From Paraspadella gotoi (lineage: Eukaryota > Animalia > Chaetognatha), in assembly GCA_051294375.1 (NCBI GenBank), contig CM119266.1, positions 26,168,851 to 26,232,850 on the forward strand: a stretch of DNA of 64,000 nucleotides, given 5' to 3'. Of this stretch, positions 1-19,305 are shown in pieces (position 1 is the stretch's first letter; each line of letters begins with the position of its first letter). Position numbers and translations under genes: made by a program. The notes below the pieces were generated by a model that saw only the letters and a program-made list of their open reading frames with translations, ran no database searches and had not been told where the DNA came from.

Positions 1-51
1 TTCCTTCAGTCCTTGATTCTATTTCCTAAAAAAAATATTTTTTTATATAGA

Positions 52-3000
52 TTCGTTCCCGAGGCGGAATACCAAGGCTCGTCCGGTGTTTTGAGCATTT
101 TCAATGCCGACTCGCCCTGTCGGGCTCTCGTAGGGTGAGTATTAAGGAATATGACAAACCACCAAATAATTTAATAAATCAAGCGAAGCCCTCAATTGAG
201 TCCAATACACTCCCGCAGTTACTACGGCGTGGGCGGATCCGAAGTGTTCTTGGGCGCCGAAAGATGCGGAACTTCGATGCAAACGATCATCCACGAATTC
301 GGCCACGTCATCGGACTCAAACACGAAGACACGAGGTCGGACAGAGACGAATACCTCACCCTCGCCGATGCGGTAAGTTGTCTTAACCCGAGAAAAATTA
401 ACGATATAAAATAGGTACAATAAATATAAAAATTATCCATTCATTTGATAATCAATAAATTATGCTATCTTTTCCCTGACTTAGGACAGGCTTTGGTCCG
501 TTAAGGGTCTTCCATCCCTATTACAAGATAATAACATGACAGGACCCGAGCTTTTTCTGTATGAGTTGTAAGTTAAAATTTGGTAGTATCGATGAAAAGG
601 TCTGTCAATGATTGCACGAACTCACGTATTTTGAAATTTTCAAGAAGGATGTCTAATATCTAATTAGAAAACTAGGGCAGAAAGTAACTTTTTTAACTTT
701 GTGTTGTATATATGCTACTCTATATATATATGTAGTGAAATTTATTAAATTCTTACATTTATTTTAAAATTTATTATATAAAATTTTAAATACTAATTGA
801 GTAAATCAAGTAATCTTGCAATTTTTCATAACTCGGAAATTTCGAAATGATGGATTTTGTTCTTCATATTTTCGAATTAGTACCGATTAAATGGACTTTC
901 TCCTGCGTTTTTTATTCGTGCCTTTTAAACAGTTCCACTGGGAGAAGGACAATGAGCCCGGTCTCGAGCTGTTAACTCCATACGATTATCTTTCGGTGAT
1001 GCAAACCTCAAGTCTGGGAGTCGCCAATAACGCGATATGGGGTCGCTACAAGAAAACGATGAACAGTTACAATACAAAAGTGAGCTCGATTAGATTTTGA
1101 ACAAAGACAAATGAACAAAAAGAAATTAAAAAAAAAAATCTTTTTAGGATCCCTGCTACCAACAATTTGTCGGAAGAACAATCTATCCGTCTTTCTACGA
1201 TACAAAAGGTGAATCATTTTTTTCATAATTGCAGCACATGTGAATGAATGAAATAAAAATTAAGTAATAAAACCTTGCAGGAATCAACTTAGCCTACAGT
1301 TGCGCGAGTAGCTGTACAGAAGAAGTCAGAGAATTATGCGAATTGGAAGGTTCGTAAACGATTTCTGGATTTTTCATTGAACTGCTCCCTACATACAATA
1401 TGAACTTTTTCGTTGCTTAAATTTTTGAGGCGACGACTGTTTTGTTGGTGGCACGGATTGTTCTTGCATCTGTCCCGGGATGTGGACAGATCCTTGCAAT
1501 TCGGGGGGAGCGATGGCGCGAACTTTAGTTCCGTGCGGTTCCGGGATGTGGACCTGCCACGACGGGCGATGTATAGATGAGAGATGGGTGTGCGATAAGT
1601 ACCCTGGTGAGTGTAAAGTTTTTCTATTCATTCGTCTATTTGGATAAAGGGTGTCTTTTTTATTCATTTATTCTGCAAACTATCTGGTCTATCAGATCCA
1701 TCTCCTGCTCCTATTTCTTGCAGTGCCGTATCACCTTAAACGCTAAATATTTCCACCCTTTCCCACAAAAACTACTTCTGCTGCTTCCACCCCCAACCCC
1801 TTAAGACTGTGACGATGGCGAAGACGAGATCTGCGCAGGGTTCCACCTCTGCCCGCTCGACGCCGCGCCCAATCCGGAAGTGACGATCTCAGGCGAGGCT
1901 ATGAGTTGCGCCGATGCGGTCGCCAGGTGGCCACGTCTCGTCTGCCTCGAAACGTCGCCCTTCGTCGACAAGTGTTGCCGCGAATGTCACTCGGCCAACG
2001 TGACCACGGCCATCTGCCACGATCTGAACGAGTGTCAGGCCAAGAACTGGAATCATTGCAAGTATATATATGGTTTTTCCTTTTGTTTGTCTGCAAGATA
2101 ATCATTCCCTTATCGTTTTTACATTAAGCGATCCCGAGGTTCGAAACGCTTGCCCTTTCCTTTGCTCTGACTGCTACCGGCCCAAGTGCGACGATTTCGC
2201 TCCGTGCGCCAACGGAGGCTCGTTTGATCTTTTCTGCGCCTGTCATTGCCTCCCGGGTTTCGCCGGGGACAAGTGCGAAAAAACCGTCTGCCTTTCTGGT
2301 TAGGAATGTTTTATAACCACGATCAATATAATAGATTCGTTCATAAATGCTTTCTAATTTTTTTGACATTATAGATGCATGCAGCACGGTTTGTTTAAAC
2401 GGTGGAACCCCTTTAACGGAAAACGGGGTCACGACGTGTTCCTGTCCAAGCAAGTACAAGGGAGACAAATGCCAATGTCAATCGATTGAAGGAATTGCGA
2501 TCTCGTTAAAAATCGGAGCCGAACGGTGGAAGCTGATGACTTGCGGAGATGCCTTCGCCATTTATCCCAAGGTGAATTCTAATATATGCCTTTTTAAAAC
2601 CTTTTATAAACTTACCAAAATGGAAGCGTTTACCGTCGGTTTTCCTTTCAGACGACCTGTTTGTCCCACTCTACGGAATGCTGCGAGTTCTGCGACTCTG
2701 AAGAGCTGCGATGCCACGACGAACCGAGCTTTTGCGCCGTAATCCAGGCCGGTGAATGTCATACGGCGCATGAGAAGGAAAAGTGTCCGGCCAAGTGCGG
2801 GATATGCGCGGAAGACCAATGTCCCGGCGTCGAGTGTCTCAACGGCGGAACTTTGATCGGTGAGAAACCCGCTGACCTTTTGCATGGATACGACGCCTTC
2901 ATCAAAGCTAATTCCTCTTTACTCACCCCCCTCCCATTCGCACTCTCCAGCTGGATGCGAATGCCGATGTCCCGCAACGCATCGTGGAGATTCCTGCGAG

Positions 3001-3570
3001 GTCGAAAACAAGATTTGCGAGGGAGACGACAATTTAGACTCCAGCCTCTGCCGACTCTTCACAGAATCGGATTTGGCGCTCTCATTTTGTAAGAGCGAAA
3101 ACAGGTAAGTGTGGACGAACAACTACAACACGCAACCTCGCTCAAACCAATTGACCTTACTGTTATGGGCTTAGCATCTGAGTTTTTGACGGTTATTGTT
3201 TTTAGCCTTGCTAAAGAATAAGTCGATTTATTTTGTGGTTATAGGGAGGAAAGTTTGTCTTTTTTTTTTTTTTTTTTTTATTTTTTTATTTAATACCAAA
3301 AGTTTGGTTGGTTGGTTGGTTGCTTGGTTGCTCCCCTGGACGTATTTTTGTAAATTTAGTATAAAGTTAAAAAATTTCCCATTCATTTTGTTTTCAAGGA
3401 TCCATTGCTGCGCTTCCTGTCGTGATTTTTACGGAACGCAGACGAGCTGTCACGACGATGAAACCCTTTGTGGCGAGGGGAAAACGTATTGGGATGCGTT
3501 TTACTGCCACCGTTCGGATACGGAAGAACAGGCGCGGAAGCATTGCCCAAAAATGTGTGGAAATTGCTGA
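52..3570 (+). CDS. Astacin-family (M12A) zinc metalloprotease with C-terminal LDLa, EGF, ShK and PLAC-like Cys-rich modules; multi-exon, 5' end outside window
   Basis: Zn motif HEFGHVIGLKHEDTRSDRD (~289-350) and Met-turn region YDYLSVMQT (981-1007). LDLa: C..[29 protein letters not shown], spliced ~1606/1806. EGF: CANGG..CHCLPGFAGDKC and two CLNGG repeats. ShK ends: CPFLCSDC, CPAKCGIC, CPKMCGNC* (stop 3570). About 12 small exons joined by GT-AG introns. Confidence 0.85.
423..556 (-). mobile_element. Dispersed repeat fragment (SINE-tail-like), family E; second copy in inverse orientation at ~40605-40728
   Basis: Segments aatataaaaattatccattcattt, ccctgacttaggacaggctttgg and tccatccctattacaagataat match the reverse complement of 40605-40728 with scattered mismatches. 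Confidence 0.6.
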
Positions 3571-3878
3571 ATAGATTTTTGTTTGATTCTATCCCAAAGC
3601 GACCCTTTTGTCCACGTAATTATTGTACGTAAGATGTCGCGCATTGGTAAATGTAAAAAAGCATGCTTCCATTAAAAATAAATGCAAGATCAAAATTGTA
3701 GGTAAAACTACAAAACGCTTTAATTATGAGATTTCTTAACTCATTTTCCCCCATTCAAAGCTAGTTAAAAATCAAGTTATGAAGATTTATTTTTAACATT
3801 ATTAGTAATAAAACAGGGATAAAGTAAGCAGAATTAAACAAAAGCGAAAATTTTTCATCAGTAAATTATTGGCTTCTT

Positions 3879-9769
<5,891 letters not shown>

Positions 9770-10516
9770 TTTTAATGAAATTTGATTGTTTTTACAATAA
9801 GTTTAGTATTCAGGTATTTTCGTTTGCGAAACCAAAAAAAGATTCTTTTCCATGAAGTTTCTCTCTTTTATCGTTTACCGGCGTAAGGCGTGTCATTTAC
9901 CATTGTTATATTGTTTTATAATATTGTTACAAAAGATCTTCAAAACAGAATTCTAAAGCTCGTCTGCTATTACGGGCTGGTTCATATTGAAGATCAAGGC
10001 CGCTTCAACCCGATTGTCTTTTTGTTTTACCAACTGCACTGCTTAATCAAAAGTGACGCCAACCGGCCTTGAGAATGAACTTATCTGTAAAAAGTAAACA
10101 TAAAAAACATAAATTAATAACTTAAAAAAAAATAACTTCTTAAACACAACCGTGATGTAAAAATCAAAGTCTTTGAATGTCATTATATTCAGATAAAACC
10201 GTAAGTGTTTATCACAATTCAATCAGAATCAGAGATCAATAAAAAGAAATTTCACGGTCGAGAGATTCAAAAGAATCGATTTGAATATCTTCTTCAAATT
10301 AAACGGCGCCCTTTTAATTTTTATTAAGCTATGAATCGGAAAGCAAAAAATATGAATAGCTGGTGTTCCCAAACAAGGGCTCTCTCGTCTCTATCTCTTC
10401 CTCCTTTCAGACGATATTCAGACGATATTCACACGGCATTTCCCATTCGAAGCGAAGTAGAGAGAAAAAGGGGAAAGAGGGGGGAGAGAAGAAGAGTCTT
10501 GGCTCGCTCCTCATCG

Positions 10517-13500
10517 TCAAAAGGGTTCTTCGCTCTCTCGTATCATCTCCTCGGTGATGGTCTTAAATCGATCGATCACGTGATCCAAATTTCTTTCTCC
10601 GAGAACCTGATGTGGCGAGAAATATGAGGGAGAGGAAAAGGTATTAATTAAAGTAGAGAAAATTAAGGAAATGGATATACAAAGTAATATTTATTATTTA
10701 AGCTTCCCCCCCTGTATCTTATCGTTTAGAAAGTAAGAATTATGTCATGATCAATAAAAAACGGTTTCTACGCCTCGGGTCCTTTTTGGCCCGAACTCGA
10801 TGGGAGATTTGGCTCCGAGGTCACCAATTATCGCTATTCTGACGAGGAAGTAAAAACTGAACTCCGCCGTGGCTCCCTGCCCCTCTGGCCTCCCCCCCCC
10901 CCTTTCCGAGTTCAGTGGGCAAATCCCTTCGGCTCTGGTCGAGCCGCGTATGGGAGGCAGACATGGGCCGATGTTGCAAATCAACGGTCGACATAAGTAA
11001 ATGATTTTTGCCACTCTCGTCATTAAATGAATCCCACTTAAGAACGGTCAATTGGTCGCTTGCAATATTGTTCAATAAAAGGGTAAAATTTTAAAAATTA
11101 TGCGAATAAAAGAATTAAATAAATTAAATTAGAGTGTATCTTAATAATATACGGACGTTTAAACTTGACAAGAAAGAGTCCCGATTGTTGAATTAACATT
11201 AACATTAGGAGGATTTTCAAAACCTGGTGGTTCAACCTTTGACAATACAAAATCCGAGTTGTTCGTGTCAACCAAAAAAGGGCCTCCCAGCAACGGCGCA
11301 TAATCCTCGCGCGCTTCTTTTCACATTCAAATCCGAGTTTTTGTGAAAATTATTACGCAGGATTGTTTTAAAAAGCAATGGCATAAAGGAATGATTATCA
11401 TCATGACAAAATTCGTAGTTTAGAATTTTATTGTTCAGAACAAAATTAAAAATTTTTGAATATAAAATTGTTGGGTAACTTTACTATTCGACGTCCGAAA
11501 CTAACCTTAGCTACCAACGGTCGGTGGTTAGTTAATCCATTTAATTTTGTTTTCCCTCTAGTCTCAGTTTGTGCAGTAATACAAATTTTATAATTAATAA
11601 TATTTTTTTAAATTTATTTTTATTCCTTTTTTTATGTTTGAGTTATAGAGAAAAAGTTTGATTATAGTGGCAACAACGAATTTGTTTTATTGAGGAAAGA
11701 AAAATAACATAATGTTTGAGATAGAAAATGATTCTCTCTCTTCAAACTTCAAAATCTGTGAAAATATTTGTTTCACAAATCAATACGTTTTTGCGCTAAT
11801 TGAAGCCGAAATATGTCCGAAATTTATGTTTCTTAAAACTTGTTGTACGTAAACAATTCATTTTCCACCTTAAACAAATATTGATATTATAATTTTTAAA
11901 CGGTTAGCAATTGTGTTAGGGATTAAGGGGAGGTAAGTTTTTAAATAAAATTTTGAATAAAAAGTTTTTCTACCCTTACCAGTATCTTTTTTTTAATTTT
12001 TCCGTAACGAGATTGAGATATACGTTGTATATATATATATATATACGTTGCTCATAAGAAGCAAAAAAACAAATAACCGGCCGCAAAATCCCGGTCGGCG
12101 AATGTAAAATTAAGCCATATTGTTTTTATAACCCTAACAACCCCTAACGCTAATCACGCTAAAGTAAAATTGGGCCCAATAACAAAGGCAAACAACAACC
12201 ATACATGCTAAATTATAGAGGAACTAAACTATATTAAACATTACAACTCCATCTTGACCTCTTCTTAGTACCTCAGCTCGTCCTTTCACCTCCTACAACA
12301 CCCCCCACATCCACCCCAATCTCATCTCGCCTTATTATCCCTCGTTCTGACGTTGACCGTGCCGTTGCTTCGCTCTCGCTCCCCGACGACGAGGATAAAG
12401 TTGAACCGCGCCGATTGATGGTTGCGGATCTTCTTGTTGAGACGAGTCCCCTCCGCCGTGTCTACCAACGCCGCGAAGCCGGCGGCCGTCAGCCGCTCGC
12501 CGACCTGGAGGAGGAGGAGGAGAAGGAAGAGAGATTGTGACGGAATCGTGACTCGAATCGGGATGAGGAGGATTTAAAGAAAGGATGGATGAGGCGAAGA
12601 GGAGGATGAGGAGGAAGAGTGGCTGACAAACGGAGCGGGGAAGAAATAAAAATTGGCGTTCCGAAAAGAGGGGGCAGTGAGGGGGGAGGGGGGAGAAGTT
12701 TGGTGTGAGAAGAGAAATGGGGCTTAGAGAAGGAATTTGTGAATGCGAAGCAGGCGAAGGAGAATTTGCATCTTGAGGGAAATGAGTGGGGAGAGGGGGG
12801 CAGAGGGGAAAAAGGGGAAAAGGAAAGAGCAAAGATGTGGATGTGAAGTCGGAGTGACGGGTAATCAATTTCTTCGGGATGAGAGAAGAGAATGGGGAAA
12901 GGAGGATCATGATAGACGTTTTGCAACAAAACGAAAACGTTTACTACTTTTAAGGTCAATCAAAATCCCCCACGACCTCATCTTCAGTCGTTTACAAGTG
13001 ACTGGGTTGTGACTTACGAGGCGATTTTTGTTGCATGGAATTATACATAACGACAACTAATCTCGACGTATTACAAAAAGTGCATTTTTTTTGGGGGGGC
13101 GGATTTTTTGAGGCCAAGGTTTTCCATTGTAATCAAAATTAAAACTTCACTTGCTGTAGTCTTTTAAAATGCTTTCTGATATAATGTCCTTTAGGGAGAC
13201 AATTGGGAAAAAGTGACATTTAACTTTAAGCATACGATTGAAAAAACACGAACTAAAAAAAACTAGCATACATTGCCATTGCATTCCTTCTCATTGTGGG
13301 TGTATTGTTCACGCTTATTGCCAGCGATCCTGTTGTCAAAATGCATTGTGTGGAAATTCCCCGACTGGCTTGGTGAGACTAATGGCTAGGCCCTAATTGA
13401 ATTCTCGGAGATTTATGATCTCCCCTCAGAGCTGCGCCACGCTTTCGTTCGTTCAGCATCCCCAAAGCAGCAGTAAAACTACTGTATCTAAACAATACAT

Positions 13501-14648
13501 AAGCAAATCCCGAACTACACTTCAGTTATTGAAAACGTTTTAAAAACAAAAATGACTCAACAAAGAACTGATACTTTTATCATCGTGATAAGGGAGAAAA
13601 AAACTTTGACACAGATCCCAATATCACCTTTAATCTTCTTGTGAAAGTCGAACAAAACACATTCGTTTCAATTCATTCTACAATTTTCTTTCAAAAACAT
13701 CGGGAGCGGGTAACAGAGCCAAGTCGACTTCGAATTTTTTCTTTATTTTTTTCTCTCTGACATCGAAGGAAGGAAAATGGGCGAGAAGTCGATACGTCGT
13801 CGAGAGTCAGTATAAGTTAATGGCCAATTGCTCTTCTTAATCAGCTTTCAAACCTCTGAATGCATATGCCGAAAAAAACCGCCTCGAACGCCATCGAATA
13901 CTGAATAAAATAGGGGGGGTTCCCTGTCGATGGGGGAATGAAAATCCACAATGACGAGCCTGAGCTAGTAGAAATCCCGGTCCCTCGTGGCTGACCCGAA
14001 GATGGACCGGCCGACGGGCCTTAACGGACCCGCCACAAAGAAATAATCTCCCAGCGATCCTTGCATTTCTCCGACTTTATCTATGCCCATTTTTCGACCA
14101 TATTCCCACCAATAACAAAAACTTTCGCCGATTTCTTTGTTGGAACAAAGGAAGAATAAAAACCATCCACTGCGATTCGCGCGAAGAGCGAGTTAAAAAA
14201 AAACCGCGGTGTAAGAGAAATCGAAGAAGAGAATGGATAGAATATATTAACTTCACTACGTTACTGAGTGTAGCGCGCTTTTTGGAAAGGGAATTTTTTA
14301 TAAGTATTGTTTCTTGCTCATCAGAATTGATAAGATTCTAAAACTTATTTTTAAAAATGAAAAACTAATACAAGAAATAATTATCTCTGTTTCCTATAAA
14401 AACTTGCGAGATAAATTTAAATCAGTTTTTTTAAAAATCAACTGCTCTTTTAAAACCAAAAGCTGATTACTTTCAGTCACCGACAAACGACTGTCCTGTT
14501 ATTTTCGTACCGCTGAGACCTCACCAAAACCTCGCCCTCCCATCTCCCCTTTGTGCAGGGGCCGAACTCAACCCAAGGGATTTTCATTTATATTTTTCCC
14601 TTTCACGCCGCGGCGAAGCGGAAGAGCGTCCTCGCTTCAACGATCAGG

Positions 14649-14703
<55 letters not shown>

Positions 14704-17700
14704 ATGATGATCTGGTCATGAGGTGGCAACCGAGAGGGTTGCCCCGTTTTTCCACCACGAGATTGCCCCTTCGACGAAAGAGGAGGAGGAGGAAACGAAA
14801 AGAAGAGGAGGAATCAAAAAGAGGAGGAAGCAAAAAGAGGAGGAGGAACTGCTCTAAATTCGAGTCGAAGAATCGAGTCCAGGACCAGAAAACAGCTGCT
14901 CTTTCATCGCGTGAACTACCGAAAATATAATAAACTCTCTCGTGGAAAAAAAATTAAAAAATCAACCAGTTCTAATCATTGAACTATTTATTCTTCGAAA
15001 ATATAAAAACTAATCTTTCCGTCTCCTTTTGCTTTCATAATATAATTACATGCAAGTTATCCTACGGGAAAGAATAGAAAACTTTTTTTTTCTCGACGGT
15101 TCGTAAACAAAGACGAAAACTCCTTCAAGGACTTTGCTGCGGGAAAAGGAAAACCAAAAAAAAAACTTCTTCGAGTAAGAGAAAAAAAATCCGGATTTAT
15201 TTTTCACCGACACACAAAAAAGGAAGTGCCCGATTCTAAAAAAAATAAAGATAATACGTTTTGACGGAAGTGGAGGAAAATGGAGGAAAGGAAAATGGGA
15301 GGAGACGCGTCCGCTGGCGTCGGCGACAAACTCTCGCTTTCCACAGTAATCAAGATGTCGTCGGCGAAGAGCAAGGCGCTCATCAGTAAGAAGGAGCTGC
15401 CTCGCGCGCAGCACATGCGCTTTCGCACTCGCAAATCTTGGCGAATCTCGCAGCCCCGACTGGAGAAGCGCCTTTTAGTAAAGGCGACGCTGGACAAGGC
15501 ATTGCACACGCTGTCACAGCACCAGACGAGCCTTCTCAATGGGATCGTCGACGCGGCGCCCACTTTCGACGAGGTGCTCGTCGGGGACTGGAAGCTTGTC
15601 AGCGATGGCGGAAGGACGCACTTCGAAGAGGAAAAAGTCGAACCTGCGACGACAGACGAACCGTCGGCGCATCCGGCGACCACTGCGAGGCCACTCAAAC
15701 GACACAGGGACGAAGAAAACTATACAAACGTCAAAAAAATAAAACTAGATCTCGATCATAACAACAACGACCACCAAAGCGAAGAAGCTGCCACTTTGGA
15801 CGAGAACGAAGATGAAATAATCGATGTCGAGAGCGACGGATCAGCGAACCACAGGGTTGTCCTTCCTTCGGGGATTCCTCCGCTCCCACCGCTCCCTCCA
15901 CTCTCCCCTCCGGTCTCCCCGCCTTACTACTTTCCGGCGCCCGTTTCACCTCCCCTTCCTCTTCCATTTATTGGCGCCAACCCGACGCCAAACCCTTTCG
16001 ATTACTACTTCTACTGCGTCCGCTTTTTTTATCACTACAACCGAATCACCGCCGGCGCCAACTCTCCGACGGGCCTTCCCTCGACCGGAACCGACTTTGG
16101 CGAAACCTTCGGAGCCTGAACGATGACTAGGGGGAGATACTTCCCAATTCTTCCAATCGATTCGATTCAAAGGTGGCGTCATCTCAAATAACTGGCGCGT
16201 CGGCTGCGTCGGCCTCGTCGTAATCCCTCCCGCCGAGAGGCGCCGCGGGAGGAGAGAAGAAAGCCGTTTCGCGTTGGACACAAATAGAGACAAAGAGATC
16301 GTGAAGAAGGAAAAACGAATTGCCGAGTTTCGCTCTCTCTCTCACACTCAGCCGCTTCGAGAATCGTCGGTGACCGGCGGTCGGGCGAAACGTGACATTT
16401 ACGACTGCAAAGGAGATCACGTGAGGAACGGGCCTGAACATCGCGTGAATCGGGGCGAAGCTCCCACTAAAATCCCGATGCGCGTTCGTCGAATCGTCCA
16501 AGAGGCCAAGATTGCGGGACTACAATTTTTTTGTTCGTTCCGACACTTTACGATTGAAAGTGAACACTGCAGTGGATTCTTGTGCTTATTCAAGACAAAA
16601 TCATTTAGAGAAACAAAAGTTCAATTGTTCCTTTTTGATCCCGTTTCTAGCAGATTAGAATTGTTAAACATTGAAAAAAACCCTTGTAATTTGTCATTAG
16701 AATTCTTTAGATGTAGCCAAATTAGTTAAGCATTCTATAAATGATTGAATACAGTAAAATAAACCAATGACGATTTTATTTTATCACAGAAGGATAAGGT
16801 AGTTAAACTGCTGACTTATATAGCTCAATTTTTCTGTCCCGCTGCCGCGGGGTCTTCATGTCCTGTTATACTCGCTAAATTGACCAGAAGCAGTTTTTGA
16901 TAAGCGCATCTCAACCATTTGAGGAAAGGCTCTAAAATTACCGGAAGACACAACGTACTTACGTTGAGAATAACCAATAGGCAGTTCTTTGGGTATACAA
17001 CAACCAATGAGTTGTTTAGTTCGAGTGGTGAAGATTAACGGACCAATCAGGAGGGAAGTTTGTAACGACTTGAGGGAAGCAAAAAAGTGATGAATTAACC
17101 GTCAAAAGGGTTTCAGAGAAAATGACCAAAAAGCCTTTGTATCTGGTTAAAGGAAAGATAATCAAATGATGAAAAAAAAAACTTCGCCTTGCTTTTAGAA
17201 AATTATATCCAAGTATAAATTATTAAGTATTAAGTATAAATTATTCTTCGCGACAGAGAAAAAGAAACTAATTATGATAAACTATGATAAAAAAATAATT
17301 GAAAAGGGTGTTTTTAGCTGTTAAAAGAGCAGAGCGAATCGATTAGAATAGTACCGAAAAATCGGCATTTATCCGATGAAGCGCTGTAATCTCAATTTTA
17401 AACACATGAGGACAAACAATCTTTTTCTCAATGGCCTTAAGACCGCTGTCTCCGCCGACCACACTTTCAACGCGAAACCCGAGGAGAGAGGTTTTTCGCC
17501 TCGGCGACTAATAAAGATCCCTTTTGAAGTAACGGAGAAAAAATTAGCCAAAACGTTACAAGTTTCGGCACACTTGTTGGAACCGTGGGGTCCCCTTCAT
17601 CCGCTCCTCTGCCCCGAGGGGGTCGACTCGCGTTGGAATATCGTTAAGGAAAAAGGAAGACTCCTCGTCGCCGATGACGTTTAGATTTTGACCAAAGCGG

Positions 17701-18617
17701 ACATTGCTTTTTTTTCTTCTTATTTTCCGCCCGAGGCGGTCTATTTTCCAGCCCCTACTTCAAATTTCCTCTCTTTTCCTATAGAGGTAAATCGATTGGC
17801 CAAAAATCACATTGACCAATGACTAATGAACATTAAGGCAGGAAAAAAATGATCACTTTTTATCATTAGGAGTTCTGTAATATAAAATTCATTTGTCCAT
17901 AATATACTTAATCAATATTTACTATCACTTTTTTAACTAAAAAAGCACAGTATAACATTGAAGCATTTAAATATTTATCAATGCATAGGCAATGAAAAAA
18001 AAAATTAAAATTTTATTTCTTAAGAACGGATTCAGAAAGCCCATAAAAAGTTGTCTGCACAAAGTATAATGCGTTTTTCAATATTTCGATGATAAGTGGG
18101 TCAAACATCATCATCGTACCATAATTTTTATAGTTTTGCCTTAATGAACATGTTTTTGATATTCTTATTAGCGTTTATAGATGAGAACGGACTGATTAAA
18201 GGCCTTAATGGTTATACTTAGGCGTATACTTTCATTGAACAAAATTACCAATAGGCCCCGGATCTAATTTGACAAGGCAATTAATTATGTAACGACGAAC
18301 TCGTGGTTTCCGAGCATGCAAGAGGTCATTACTCAGACACGTGTTTTAACTAACTAAAACGCAAAAAAGGATTTTAATGAAATATTACATTATTTTTGCG
18401 ACAACTAAAACTATTTTGATTTAAGTACTTAAAAGATCACTAAAATTTCTCGTCAACTCGGAATCCGTCACCATCTCGAATTCTCCTCCCACCGCCATCA
18501 TGTTCCTCCGAACCCCGACCTTGTCCTCGGCGTCCTCGTATCGATCAATCAATCGGGCGACAACGGGGACGAAAAATTAAAGACTCCGTCACTCGTAAAA
18601 CGGCGACCGGAGACTCG

Positions 18618-18653
<36 letters not shown>

Positions 18654-19266
18654 GAGAAAAATCGTAACTCATTGTCGTCGTAAGGCTCCGAAATCGGAAA
18701 ACTTCGACGACGTTAGGGATAAAAGTTGTAACAAGCTTAAGCATAGCCTATCGGTTATTTCGAGGCGGAGAGTAGGAAAAGAGAAAATCGCTCTTATCTC
18801 TCCAGCGCCTGGATGTTTGCTAAAAGACAGAGAGTAGACATCGCGAGAGCCAATTATGAGTACGAGATTTTTTCCGAGCGAATCGTTGACCGAGACGTAT
18901 TTTCGGAAGAAGGGGAAGATTAAAAAAATAGGGGGGGGGAATGGACGGGATTTCGACGTGACGTCAGCCCACTCGGCCAGCCGACTGACAATTATGGTTT
19001 TTCATCTCAATTTTTTTTGTTTATAGGCCGATTCCATGTAGAGAAAAGGATCGGGAAATCTATTCGCTATCATTAAAACCATCACAAAACGATAATGATA
19101 ATCGGAGAAACCTTTGCGACACTAACTCGGCTTCATTTTTTCTCCGCTGATCGTCTCTCTTTTCTAATACGTAATCTCGATAGGAGGTCATCCTCACTCG
19201 ATCCATTTTCATACTAAACGAAATCCCTTCTGAGACAAACATGTTTTCTCGTCGATACCAGCATAA

Positions 19267-19305
<39 letters not shown>

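Noticed and set aside
12335-13012. Several 90-190-aa ORFs
   Set aside because: They arise from a purine/pyrimidine-biased intron tract; the real coding part is the TARS exon 12504-12331 in another frame.
13960-14035. tccctcgtgg motif reminiscent of an HDV-like ribozyme L3
   Set aside because: P1/P2/P3 pairings and the J4/2 motif could not be assembled.
14309-14324. Minus-strand CTGATGAG-CAA-GAAAC resembling a hammerhead ribozyme core
   Set aside because: It lacks the closing stem II pair, and no stem I/III complementarity or NUH site could be built.
18499-18580. 26-codon small ORF with good Kozak context (gccatcATG)
   Set aside because: Too short, with no homology or supporting splice signals.
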